Shown piece after piece: positions 11,118-22,654 of a stretch of DNA of 64,000 bases. The notes beneath the pieces are model-generated. The model made no database searches. It was not told where the DNA came from and saw nothing but the letters and a program-made list of their open reading frames with translations. Position 1 is the stretch's first letter; each line of letters opens with the position of its first letter. This DNA comes from Squalus acanthias (lineage: Eukaryota), in NCBI GenBank assembly GCA_030390025.1, contig CM059425.1, positions 171,804,001 through 171,868,000 of the forward strand, written 5' to 3'. Position numbers and translations under genes: made by a program.

Positions 11118-12878
11118 ATGGACTATTGCAAAGAAGCATACCGACAACTGGACAACCTGGAACACTACAGACAGTTACCCGCAGATCCGACCAAAGAACA
11201 CACCCGCCAACTCAATAGACTGATCAAGACCTTCGATCCAGACCTTCAAAGCATCCTACGCGCTCTCATCCCACGTACTCCCCGCGTGGGAGACTTCTAC
11301 TGCCTCCCAAAGATACACAAAGCCAACACACCCGGACGTCCTATCGTATCAGGCAACGGAACCCTGTGTGAGAACCTCTCTGGATACGTCGAGGGCATCC
11401 TGAAACCCATCGTACAGGGAACCCCCAGCTTCTGCCGCGACACCACAGACTTCTTACAGAAACTCAGCACCCACGGACCAGTTGAACCAGGAACACTCCT
11501 CGCCACGATGGACGTATCGGCACTCTACACCAGTATCCCCCACGATGACGGCATCGCTGCGACAGCCTCAGTACTCAACACCAACAACAGCCAATCTCCA
11601 GACGCCATCCTACAACTCATCCGCTTCATCCTTGACCACAATGTCTTCACCTTCGACAAGCATTTTTTTACCCAAACACACGGAACAGCCATGGGGACCA
11701 AATTCGCACCCCAATACGCCAACATCTTCATGCACAAGTTCGAGCAAGACTTCTTCGCTGCACAGGACCTCCAGCCAACGCTGTACACCAGATACATCGA
11801 CGACATTTTCTTCCTTTGGACCCATGGCGAAGGATCACTGAAAAGACTACACGATAACATCAACAAGTTCCATCCCACCATCAAACTCACCATGGACTAC
11901 TCCTCAGAATCGGTTTCATTCCTGGACACACGAATCTCCATCAAAGACGGACACCTCAGCACTTCACTCTACCGCAAGCCCACGGACAACCTCACGATGC
12001 TCCACTTCTGCAGCTTCCACCCTAACCACGTTAAAGAAGCCATCCCCTATGGACAAGCCCTGCGAATGCACAGGATCTGTTCAGACGAGGAGGAACGCGA
12101 TGGACACCTACGGACGCTGAAAAACGCCCTCGTAAGAACGGGATATGACGCTCGACTCATCGATCGACAGTTCCGACGGGCCACAGCGAAAAATCGCATA
12201 GACCTCCTCAGAAGGCAAACACGGGACACAACCAACAGAGTACCCTACGTCGTCCAGTACTTCCCCGGAGCGGAGAAACTACGCCATGTTCTTCGCAGCC
12301 TTCAACATGTCATCGATGACGACGAACACCTCGCTAAGGCCATCCCCACGCCTCCACTACTTGCCTTCAAACAGCCGCCTAACCTCAGAGGTACCATCGT
12401 TCGCAGCAAATTACCCAGCTTTCAGGATAACAGCGACCACGACACCACACAACCCTGCCACGGCAACCTCTGCAAGACATGCCAGATCATCAACACAGAT
12501 ACCATCATCACACGTGAGGACACTACCCACCAGGTACATGGTACATACTCATGTGACTCGGCCAACGTTGTCTACCTCATATGTTGCAGGAAAGAATGCA
12601 CCGCGGCATGGTACATCGGCGAGACCATGCAGACACTGAGGCAACGTATGAACGGACACCGCGCAACAATCACCAGGCAGGAGTGTTCCCTCCCAGTCGG
12701 GGAACACTTCAGCAGTCAAGGACATTCAGCCTCGGATCTGCGGGTAAGCGTTCTCCAAGGCGGCCTTAGAGACACACGACAACGCAAAATCATCGAGCAG
12801 AAACTGATAGCCAAGTTCTGCACTCATGAGGACGGCCTCAACCGGGATCTTGGGTTTATGTCACGATACATGATGTAG
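11118..12878 (+). CDS. Penelope RT + GIY-YIG endonuclease (N-terminally truncated, 586 aa)
   Basis: FYCLPKIHK, RPIVS, MDVSALYTSIP, GTAMG, RYIDD, LYRKPTD, C..C.TC linker, VVYLI.C...WYIGET..LRQRMNGH, EQKLI...GLN. The initial ATG overlaps the TSD, so it is not the native start. Confidence 0.93.
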   Translation: MDYCKEAYRQLDNLEHYRQLPADPTKEHTRQLNRLIKTFDPDLQSILRALIPRTPRVGDFYCLPKIHKANTPGRPIVSGNGTLCENLSGYVEGILKPIVQGTPSFCRDTTDFLQKLSTHGPVEPGTLLATMDVSALYTSIPHDDGIAATASVLNTNNSQSPDAILQLIRFILDHNVFTFDKHFFTQTHGTAMGTKFAPQYANIFMHKFEQDFFAAQDLQPTLYTRYIDDIFFLWTHGEGSLKRLHDNINKFHPTIKLTMDYSSESVSFLDTRISIKDGHLSTSLYRKPTDNLTMLHFCSFHPNHVKEAIPYGQALRMHRICSDEEERDGHLRTLKNALVRTGYDARLIDRQFRRATAKNRIDLLRRQTRDTTNRVPYVVQYFPGAEKLRHVLRSLQHVIDDDEHLAKAIPTPPLLAFKQPPNLRGTIVRSKLPSFQDNSDHDTTQPCHGNLCKTCQIINTDTIITREDTTHQVHGTYSCDSANVVYLICCRKECTAAWYIGETMQTLRQRMNGHRATITRQECSLPVGEHFSSQGHSASDLRVSVLQGGLRDTRQRKIIEQKLIAKFCTHEDGLNRDLGFMSRYMM

Positions 12879-13283
12879 AGTCATCCAGACTCGAGTCGTC
12901 GTTGGCTTGTTCACAGATGTGATTCCCAGTAAAAAAGTAAAAATTTTAAAGTTTATCGTTTTACATACCGACTGCAGCTTTTGACACATTAGACCCCCTG
13001 TAACCCCACCTCATTGTCTCAGTTGTATCCTGCTATGTCTTTGATGTGGTGCCTTCCTGGCTGACCTGATTGCCTTTTGTCACACCTCGGCAGATAAACA
13101 GTCAGGAGGATTAAATGTAGTCGCCAGCCATTGTAAGTTACACATGCATTGTTCTCTATCTATATATGCTTTGTCGATTTTGTATTTCTTCACTTCACCT
13201 GACGAAGGAGCAGTCGCTCCGAAAGCTTGTGATTTCAAATAAAACTGTTGGACTATAACCTGGTGTTGTGCGACTTCTCACTT
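11119..13283 (+). mobile_element. Penelope-like retroelement, young, 5'-truncated
   Basis: 12-bp direct repeat TAGTAGTTTTAA at 11107-11118 and 13284-13295; long intact ORF; pseudo-LTR with hammerhead motif at the 3' end. Confidence 0.95.
13195..13232 (+). ncRNA. Minimal type-I hammerhead ribozyme motif (Penelope pLTR, family A)
   Basis: TCAC-CTGACGA-A-GGAGC(AGTC)GCTCC-GAAA-GCTT-GTGA: stem I TCAC/GTGA, stem II GGAGC/GCTCC, palindromic AAGCTT stem III. Confidence 0.8.
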
Positions 13284-14494
13284 TAGTAGTTTTAAAGCAT
13301 TGAAAATATGGGAACAAGCAGGACTGATGGATGACAATAAATGATTTACAGATAACTCCTTCAGGATAATGTGGGAAATCAAACAAATACTGTCTTGCCT
13401 TTCAGGTGGAAAGCCACCTGTTGGCCCATCATCAAGTGGCAATGTTGACAGCTGTGGAGAAGTTTGGCCCTCAAAACTAAGGGAGCCAGTGTGGGAGCTG
13501 GAAGACAGAGGAAGGGTGGGGAGTTTAAGGAGGAAATAAATTACACCATTCTCTCATTGTTGCAGTGTCAAAGCAGTTCACAGGAGGCAAAGAATGACTT
13601 CATAGTTACTGAATAATTTAATTCTAACTACTCATATCTATGTACATTAGTGGCCTCGATTTAAGCCATTATCTGGGATTACAATTAACACTACTGGGCC
13701 TTATTGTGATTTACGTGTGCACGTGATTACTATTTACTGCCCATGCTGCCTGACATATATTGCACTATGTATTTCCGAGGTTGGGCTTGAAAGCAGTGGA
13801 AATGTAAATCATACTCATTTCAGATTAACGTGATCTGAACTGAGTGGAATCAACAGTGAAACCTGAGCCTGAGTGACATACCTCAGTGTAACAGGGTCAC
13901 TTTCAATCCACACTGCAGGCAGACAATTCTGGAAAGCTCCTGCTGAATTCAATCACACCCAGGTTAGTGGCAGGAGGCTCATTCAAGGGTGTCTTCAATT
14001 TTCAACTGAGCTCAATTTGAGATGATACGAGGCTAGAACTATATTGTGATGCAAGAACTGATGGAACCACAGGAAAACTTCATGGAGAGGGAAATGGAGA
14101 TTTTGTATTACTGAGTGAGTGTTTCGTAAAGAATTTTCTGGGGGAAAAAAGTCAAACTCTTTGAAGTATGACGGAACAGCAGCTCGTATGCACTGCTGCT
14201 TCAATCTGAGTTAATAAAGCTGAAGAATTGAGTTGAATTTTTAGTTTCATCCTTCAGTTGCTCACTTTATCCTCAATTTGAAATTACAGCATACGTACAA
14301 ATTCTTTAACTAATATTCACATCCTGTACAAATATGAAAAGCCCCCACAGATTCTAAGTGCAAGTCCACACCTAACAATCGTAACCTTAATTGGCAATTC
14401 ATCGCCTACAATTAACAATGTATCCTTACCATGTGGATTGGTTCTGACCAACACCGTTAAAACTTGCTTGTTGGAAGAAAACATCCCAAGTACC

Positions 14495-16042
14495 ATAAAA
14501 ATGTTATCACCAAGATACCTTCACTGCTTTCCTCCCTCAGCCTCTGCACCGAGTGACTTCTCATGCTCGGTGATTTCAACCTCCATCTCAATTCATCATG
14601 CTCTCTCTCCTCTGAGTTCACTACCTCACATCCTCCCTTAATCACTCCCTCCATGTAAACTCCCCAACCTGTATGCACGGCCACCCCCTTGACCTTGCCA
14701 GCTCACGTGGCAATCGCAGATAAGTCCATCTCTGACCACTTCCTTGTATCGCTCTCCACCCACATCCCCCTTCTCCCTACCAACCCTACTTCCTTCTGTG
14801 TCCGCTCCTGGAAAAAACTCTCTCCCAATTCACTTTCAACTGCACTTTCAAAATCCCAACTGACCAGCCTTTGGCCCTCCATTCACCATGACATTTCTGT
14901 AGCTACCGATCTGCTCAACCACACCCTCACCACCACCTCTGATGCCCTCGTCCCCAGTATAACTTTACTTTATCTCACCCTGGCCGTTCCCCCGGTAGAG
15001 CCCTCATCTCTGCTCCCTTAAGTCTAAGGGACGGACACTTGAACGGATATGGTGGACAACTGGTTTAGCCATTCACTGCCAGATCTGGTTGGACCACATA
15101 AAGCACTATCAGGTCCTGCTCTCGTCTGCCAAAACTGCTCACTATTCCAGAATCATTCTGGATTGCAAAGGTAACCCCCGGCTTCTTTTCTCTACTGCAA
15201 ACCGTCTTCTTAAATCCCTCTCCCCTGTCTCCTCCACCCTCACCTCCAACAAGTGCGAGGAGCTCATGGACTTCTTTGTCACTAAGATTGAGACCATCCG
15301 ATCAGCTGCCTCTGCCACTTCCCTTCCTTCCCCTAGCCCACTGGGCCAAACTTCCTCTAAGGATCACCTCTGCCCTAGCCCGGAACTCGCATCTTTCTCC
15401 AGTTTCTCTCCCCTCATGCCCTCTCTGGGCTCAGCTTTTCCAATGAGACCCACATCCTGCTCTTTTGACCCTATTCCCACCAAACTGCTGACCGCCCAAA
15501 CTTCCTTTTCTGGCTCCCATGTTGGCTGACATTGTTAACAGTTCTCTCTCCTCAGGTACTGTCCCCCTCTCCCTCAAATCTGCTGTCATCACCCCTCTCC
15601 TCAAAAAAACAACCATTGACCCCTCCGTCCTTGCAAACTACCACCCCATCTCCAACCTCCCTTTCTTCTTCAAAGTCCTTGAACGTGTTGTCACCTCCCA
15701 GATCCGTGCCCATCTTTCCCGGAACTCCATGTTTGAATCCCTCCAATCAGGTTTCCACCCCTGCCACAGTACCGAAACGGCTCTTATCAAACCACTGGTG
15801 GCCGTGCCTTCAGCTGCCAAGGCCCTAAGCTCTGAAATTCCCTCCCTAAGCCTCTCCGCTCTCTACCTCTCTTTCCTCCTTTAAGACGCTCCTTAAAACC
15901 TACCTCTTTGACCAAGCTTTTGGCCATCTGTCCTAATATCTCCTATGTGGCTCGGTGTCAGATTTTGTTTGATAACACTCCTGTGAAGTGCTTTGGGACA
16001 TTTTGCTATGTTAAAGGCGCTATATAAATACAAGTTGTTGTT
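14495..16042 (+). mobile_element. L2 LINE, degenerate with internal deletion
   Basis: GDFNLH and ISDHFLV (endonuclease); ANYHPISNLPF, LQSGF..HSTETALIK (RT); jumps to the 3' UTR at ~15790; ends TATATAAATACAAGTTGTTGTT. Confidence 0.9.
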
Positions 16043-17869
16043 CTTGCACATGGTTTAAGGAACGGTAGCATGTACTTCCAATAACTAATAGATTTGTGTT
16101 TACTAGCATATACTGCACATTCTACTCACTTTTCATGATTTTTAGATTTTTAAACAAGATATTTCTTCCAACATCTTTGTCAACACCACAACCTTTTAAA
16201 CTAGTGGTATATTTTTTTGGGCACACACTAAAAATATCTACACAGCTAACAGTGATGATTGATCAGTGTTAACATTTGCCCCTGTTATCCAGGAGTCCAA
16301 AATCGCTATCAAAATGATAACTTCTAACAGGAGAGTTTCTTAATTCTTCCTCCTCTCCTAAAAGCCCTGCAATTTCAGGATAACACATTTCAGTCCTTTT
16401 GAATCAATAATGTGCAAGGATGGCAAACGTCAATTAAAGTTCTTATTTTTATGTCAGTCCATTTATGTTTTTTGAGAAACCAAATGGCAACATAATTTAC
16501 TGGTAGAAATGCAGGGAAAATGGGACTCCAACAATATCCACCGCATATTGAAACAACTTTGAGGGATAATGAGCACTCGAGAAGAAAAAGCTTCTTACAA
16601 ATTGCCTCATTTGTGATGTTGTAAAGCGCTGAATCCTGGAGACTGTAAACCACAGAACCTTAATTCACAACTTAGTTTTCACATAATTTTACTGAACAAT
16701 AGCACTGCGTATTACTCACAATACCACAGCAACAAGATGATTAAATGAATTAAAAACAACAGAACACAAAGATGGCTGTCAAAGATGACATTACAACTGT
16801 TCCCGACTTTGACAATAGTGTTCTTTTGTGAAGACTATAAAAGGTGAATAGATTTTAAATTAATTCTCTCTGTATGAAGAAAATACCCTCTTATCATTGG
16901 TCTTTTTGCCCCAGAAAGATTTTAACTCAATCACTCAGTGGTAGTCAGTCACATCTCACACAAAATTACTACTCTGAGCACTGTGGTGGAAAGAAGATAA
17001 TCAATAGTATTTAATTAATTCAATGTTTCAATAGGTCAATAAAGACAGCAACTGATGTTAGGGTGTCATCAAGGTAAAGAGATGGCTGTAAAATCGCTGG
17101 ACTGAAAGTTCATAGGAACAGGAGTAAGCCATTCAGCCCCTTAAAGCTTTCAATTTTTTTTTGCATCTGTCCACTAGTTTTTAGTGATTTCTGTACATGG
17201 GCCCCTAAATCTCTCTGCTCCTCCACAGTTCCTAGCTTCTCAGCATGCAGGAATAATTCAGTTCAGCCAGCTTGCTCTGCTGTTCAGGATCATGAACGTG
17301 ATGTCTTGCTTTGACCATCTCTATTCATTTCCGACCATAAAAGGTTGCTCTCTCTCACAATCCACTGAAATATATACTTTTTGGGGTGGTGAGAGAAGAG
17401 AAAGGGAATAAGCCACCACCAAAAAAATAGGCAGAATTTTGTTCTCAAAAAACTTACTTTCAAGTTCTCTGATTTGTCAAATTTTGCTTTTGTTCTTTTA
17501 TTAGTTTTTTTTAATCACTTAAGGTCCCTGACAAATAGGTAAGCCACAAGTTAAACACTGTAAATATTCCTCAGCGTGCAAGAAAAATTGCATTTTTCAT
17601 GTGAACACAACTCGTCTGTGAGTAAATGATACGAGATGTTTGCGAATCATAAAGGAACGTAAGGCTGATAAAAGCAGATTTCTTATATTTACACACACAG
17701 ATTATGGTGTTGGGTGTCTCAATCAAATTAAATGGATAAAAAACCTCAACAAATTCCAGACAGGCATGAATCTTAATTTTCCCCTCCCCCCACCCCTAAT
17801 TCCCTCAAGAAAAAAGTACAAGCACAAATTGACAACACTATACTTAGTGGTATACATGGGTACAATAGG

Positions 17870-18827
17870 GTAATTGATTTGGACTTGAATGTAGGAAGTA
17901 TGATTAAGAAGTTTGCAGATGATACAAAAATTGGCCGTGTGGTTGATAATAAAGAAGAAAGCTGCAGACTGCAGGAAGATATCAATGGACTGGTCAGGTG
18001 GGCAGAACAGTGGCAAATGGAATTCAATCTGGAAAAGTGTGAGGTAATGCATTTAGGGAGGCCTAACAAGGCAAGGGAATACACAATAAATGGTAGGACA
18101 CTGAGAAGTGCAGAAGATCAGAGGAACCTTGAAGTGCATGTCCACAGATCCCTGAAGGTAGCAGGACAGGTAGATAAGGTGGTTAAGAAGGCATACGGGA
18201 TATTTGCCTTTATTAGCCGAGCCACAGAATATAAGAGCAGGGAGGTTATGTTTGAACTGTATAAAACACTAGTTAGGCCGCAGCTAGAATACTGCGTGCA
18301 GTTCTGGTCACTACATTACAGGAAGGATGTGATTGCACTAGCGGGGGTACAGAGGAGATTTACGAGGATGTTGCCTGGGCTGGGGAATTTTAGCGATGAG
18401 GAAAGATTGGATAGGCTGGGGTTGTTTTCTTTGGAACAGAGGAGGCTGAGGGGAGACCTAATTGAGGTGTATAAAATTATGAGGGGCCTAGATAGAGTGG
18501 ATAGGGAGGACCTATTTCCCTTAGAAGAAGGGTCAATAACCAGGGGGCACAGATTTAAAGTAATTGGTTGGAGGTTTAGAGGGAAGTTGAGGAGAATTTT
18601 TTTCACCCAGAGGGTGGTGGGGGTCTGGAACTCACTGCCTGAAAGGGTGGTAGAGGCAAAGATCCTCATCACATTTAAAAAGTACTTGGATATACACTTG
18701 AAGTGCCATAACCTACAAAGCTATGAACCAAGTGCTGGAAAGTGGGATTAGGGTGGATAGCTTTGTCGGCCAGCATGGACAAGATGGGCCAAATGGCCTC
18801 CTTCTGTGCTGTAAATTTCTATGATGA
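17870..18827 (+). mobile_element. CR1 LINE 3' portion (290-aa ORF 17879-18751)
   Basis: KFADDTK, WQMEFN..KC, LVRPQLEYCVQFWS, FFTQRVV..WNSLP; TTCTATGA tail. Confidence 0.93.
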
Positions 18828-18970
18828 TCAGTTTGTTCTGCACACGCCGGGAAGAGTGGGTTGTTTTGGGGGTCAGGATCGTTTGATGGTGGTCTCTGGG
18901 ATTCAGCTGGGTCTGGGTATCGGGAATCTTATAAATATGATGTGCCTTACAAGGTTTAGGCAGATCCTTT

Positions 18971-21965
18971 ATACATAGATACATAGATACATAGAAGATA
19001 GGAGCAGGAGTAGGCCATCCGGCCCTTCGAGCCTGCTCCGCCATTTAATGAGATCATGGCTGATCCTCCAATTCAGTATCCCGTCCCCGCCTTCTCTCCG
19101 TAACCCTTAACCCCTTTTGCCTGTAGAAATATATCTAATTCCCTCTTAAATATATTTAATGAGCTGGCGTACACTGCCCTCTGTGGCAATGAGTTCCACA
19201 GGTTCACCACCCTCTGAGTGAAGAAATTCCCCCTCATTTCTGTCCTAAATGGTTTAGCCCTTATCCTTAAATTATGTCCTCTAGTTCTGTTCTCACCCGC
19301 CAAGGGAAACATTCCTTCTGCATCTAGTCTGTCTAGACCTGTCAGAATTTTATACACTTCTATGAGGTCCCCTCTCAATCTTCTAAACTCCAGTGTGTAC
19401 ATCCCTAAACTACATAGTCTCTCCTCATAGGTCAATCCCGCCATTCCTGGTATCAGCCTGGTGAATCGCCGCTGCACCCCCTCCATGGCAAGAACATCTT
19501 TCCTCAGATGAGGCGACCAAAACTGTACACAGTACTCGAGGTGTGGTCTCACCAGTGCCCTGTACAGCTGCAGCAAGGTATCCCTGTTCCTGTATTCCAA
19601 CCCTTTTGCTATGAAGGCCAGCATACCGTTTGCCTTCTTGACCGCCTGTTGCACCTGCATGCTCGCCTTCAGTGACTGGTGTACAAGAACACCCAGGTCT
19701 CTCTGTACTTCCCCCTCTCCCAATTTATTGCCATTTAAATAATAATTTGCCCTCCCGTTCCTGCACCCAAGGTGGATAACTTCGCACTTGTCCACATTAT
19801 AGTGCATCTGCCATTTATCCGCCCAATCACCCAGTCTGTCCAAATCGCTCTGGAGCTTCCTGGTCTCCTCCTCTGAGCCCACCCCCCCTCCTAGTTTAGT
19901 GTCGTCTGCAAATTTGGAAATGCTGCATCCGACTCCCTGATCCAGGTCATTAATGTAAATTGTGAACAGCTGGGGACCCAGGACAGATCCCTGCGGTACC
20001 CCACTTGTTACTGCCTGCCATTCAGAAAATGAGCCGTTTATTCCAACTCTCTGTTTTCTATCTGACAGCCAGTTCTCTATCCACGTCAATACTTTCCCCT
20101 TTATCCCATGAGCTTCAATTTTCCATGCTAATCTTTTATGTGGGACCTTATCGAAGGCCTTTTGGAAGTCCAGGTACACCACATCTACTGGCTCTCCCCC
20201 ATCTATTTTACCAGTTACTCCCTCAAAAAATTCCAATAGATTAGTCAAGCACGATTTACCCTTTGTAAATCCATGTTGACTCTGTCCTATCCTGTCCCCA
20301 TTTGCTAAGTGCTCCGCTATTTCATCCTTAATGATGGACTCCAGCATTTTGCCCACAACTGATGTAAGGCTTACAGGTCTGTAATTACCTGCTTTTTCCC
20401 TACCCCCCTTTTTGAATAGTGGGGTAACGTTAGCTACCCTCCAATCCATGGGCACTGTTCCCGAGTCTAATGAATTCTGAAAAATCATACTTAGTGCATC
20501 CGCTATCTCTAGGGCCACCTCCTTCAGTACCCTAGGATGCATGTTATCAGGCCCTGGGGATTTGTCCGCCTTCAATCCCTTTAGCTTCCTTAACACCATA
20601 TCCTTAGAGATATTGATTTGCGTCAGTTCCTCCTTTGCCAATGTCCCTATTTTTCCCGATATCCCAGGGAGGTTTTTTGTGTCTTCCTTCGTAAAGACTG
20701 ACCCAAAGTATGCATTTAGTTGGTCTGCCATTTCCTTATTTCCCGTTATATATTCCCCCGTATCTGACTGCAATGGACCAACTTTGGTTTTCACCAGTCT
20801 TTTCCTCTTGATATACTTATAAAAGCTTTTGGAGTTAGTTTTTATATTTTCCGCCAGCTTGCTTTCGTAAGCTATTTTGCCCCTCTTGATTAAGCCCTTT
20901 GTCCGCCTTTGCTCTATCTTAAACTGTTCCCAATCTTCCGCTCTGGCGCTTTTTTTGGCTATTTTATACGCCCTATCTTTGGATTTTATGCTGTCTCTAA
21001 TTTCCCCTGTTATCCACGGTTGAGTCACCTTTTTAGATTTCCTTTTATGCCAGATTGGTATGAACAATTTTTGCAATTTTGTCATTCTATCTTTAAATGC
21101 TTGCCATTGTTTATCTACCTCCAGTCCTCCCAGGAACGTTGTCCAATCAGACCTACTCAGTTTCCGTCTAATGGCATCATAATTCCCCTTGTTTAAATTC
21201 AGGACCTTAGTCTCGGAGTCAATTTCTTCGCTCTCCATTTCGAGTGAGAAATCGATCATGTTATGATCACTCTGACCCAAGGGTCCCCGTACAACAAGAT
21301 TACTAATTAGTCCCTTCTCATTGCACAGTACCCAGTCCAATATAGCCTGTTCCCGAGTTGGTTCCTCGACATATTGATCCAGATAACCATCCCTTAAACA
21401 CTCAAGGAATTCCTCCTCCTCATTATTTTTACTGATTAGGCTAGTCCAATCTATATGTAAGTTAAAGTCACCTATGATGACAGCTGTGCTCTTATTGCAC
21501 GCTTCTCTAATTTCCCTCGTGATGCCCTCCCCAACCTCTATTTTACTATTTGGAGGCCTATATACCACTCCTATTAATGTTTTTCGCCCCTCGCTATTTC
21601 TTAGCTCCACCCATATAGATTCTGTATTAACTGAGTTAATATCCTTCCTTTCAATTGCATTTATCCCCTCTTTTACCAGCAATGCTACCCCTCCTCCCTT
21701 TCTTTTTTGTCGATCCTTCCTAAATACTGAATACCCCTGTATGTTAAGCTCCCAGCCCTGCTCACCCTGCAACCATGTTTCCGTAATCCCAATTAGATCA
21801 TAATTATTAACCTCTATTTCCACAGCTAATTCATCTACCTTGTTCCTGATGCTTCTCGCATTAAGGTATAAAACCCTCAGGCTTTTTTTATGCTCACATT
21901 TTTTATGAATTAGTTTGGCCCTTTGTTTTTTGTTCCTCACCCTTTTACCATTTATGGAGCACTAG
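18971..21965 (-). mobile_element. Young CR1 LINE, 5'-truncated upstream of ORF2
   Basis: (ATGTATCT)n 3' tail at 18971-18995, 3' UTR and uninterrupted ORF2. Confidence 0.95.
19073..21940 (-). CDS. CR1 ORF2: AP endonuclease + reverse transcriptase (955 aa, no stops)
   Basis: YLNARS, GITETW, IGDFN, SDHN (APE); KSPGPD, GNYRPVSLTS, YLDFQKAFDKVPH, GVPQGSVLGP, FADD (RT). Start is non-ATG in the ORF track. Confidence 0.95.
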   Translation of the reverse strand: MRNKKQRAKLIHKKCEHKKSLRVLYLNARSIRNKVDELAVEIEVNNYDLIGITETWLQGEQGWELNIQGYSVFRKDRQKRKGGGVALLVKEGINAIERKDINSVNTESIWVELRNSEGRKTLIGVVYRPPNSKIEVGEGITREIREACNKSTAVIIGDFNLHIDWTSLISKNNEEEEFLECLRDGYLDQYVEEPTREQAILDWVLCNEKGLISNLVVRGPLGQSDHNMIDFSLEMESEEIDSETKVLNLNKGNYDAIRRKLSRSDWTTFLGGLEVDKQWQAFKDRMTKLQKLFIPIWHKRKSKKVTQPWITGEIRDSIKSKDRAYKIAKKSARAEDWEQFKIEQRRTKGLIKRGKIAYESKLAENIKTNSKSFYKYIKRKRLVKTKVGPLQSDTGEYITGNKEMADQLNAYFGSVFTKEDTKNLPGISGKIGTLAKEELTQINISKDMVLRKLKGLKADKSPGPDNMHPRVLKEVALEIADALSMIFQNSLDSGTVPMDWRVANVTPLFKKGGREKAGNYRPVSLTSVVGKMLESIIKDEIAEHLANGDRIGQSQHGFTKGKSCLTNLLEFFEGVTGKIDGGEPVDVVYLDFQKAFDKVPHKRLAWKIEAHGIKGKVLTWIENWLSDRKQRVGINGSFSEWQAVTSGVPQGSVLGPQLFTIYINDLDQGVGCSISKFADDTKLGGGVGSEEETRKLQSDLDRLGDWADKWQMHYNVDKCEVIHLGCRNGRANYYLNGNKLGEGEVQRDLGVLVHQSLKASMQVQQAVKKANGMLAFIAKGLEYRNRDTLLQLYRALVRPHLEYCVQFWSPHLRKDVLAMEGVQRRFTRLIPGMAGLTYEERLCSLGMYTLEFRRLRGDLIEVYKILTGLDRLDAEGMFPLAGENRTRGHNLRIRAKPFRTEMRGNFFTQRVVNLWNSLPQRAVYASSLNIFKRELDIFLQAKGVKGYGEKAGTGY

Positions 21966-22008
21966 GAGGCAGGTTGTTAGTTTGTAGTTTCATTCTGGCT
22001 TTCTTGGT

Positions 22009-22057
22009 GGGGGGGGGGGGGGGGGGGGGAGGTGGGTGGGAAGGGGAAGGGGGTGGC
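22009..22057 (+). repeat. Poly-G (21 nt) plus G-runs; G-quadruplex-capable
   Basis: G21 at 22009-22029 followed by GGG/GGG/GGGG/GGGGG runs. Confidence 0.85.
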
Positions 22058-22127
22058 CTGGGTTATGTGGGCTTCAGACAGCCTAATATTTCCTGAGTTC
22101 CAGACGGAGTCCTAACATCAACCGAAT

Positions 22128-22226
22128 AGAAACAGAAATTGCTGGAAACACTCAGCAGGTCAGGCAGCATCTGTGGAGGGAGTAAGGTAGGGTTAACGTT
22201 TCAGGTTGATGACCTTTTGTCAGAGC
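22128..22226 (-). mobile_element. Penelope pseudo-LTR fragment (family B), mutated hammerhead core
   Basis: Reverse complement reads CTGACAA-AAGGTCATCAACCT-GAAA-CGTTAAC...CACAGATGCTGCCTGACCTGCTGAG. Confidence 0.8.
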
Positions 22227-22654
22227 CCATACATCACCCTGTGTGATTACCATATGTCTCAGAGATGTTTCACCCATATTTGCTGGAGGGAGAATTGTGC
22301 TCTGCCACAGTGAGGGGAATTCATCTTACAGCTAGCAGGAATATGTGGACCAGGTTTGCACTGTGGCAAGCTTGATGTATTACCTTGAGGTGGTCCTCAC
22401 TTAATCTGCTCCAGGTGTTAGTCTATTCTGGTTATCTGCTTGACCTAGGTCTCACTCCCAGGCTTCTTAAGGCTGATCTGGAAGCAAGCATGGTACTGAG
22501 GATGGAGATAAATCTGCAGAAATTTGTCCGATAGAGAAAGAAAGAAAAGGCAGAAATAGAGAGAAGGAGAGAGATAAAGAAAGATAGAAAGAAAACAGAC
22601 TTACCTGATGGTCAACTAGAAACTGCCACACACAGGCTAAGATTCAGGAACACT

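Noticed and set aside
22384..22515. Minus-strand exon after a long pyrimidine tract
   Set aside because: Stop codons occur in all three frames; probably repeat-derived.
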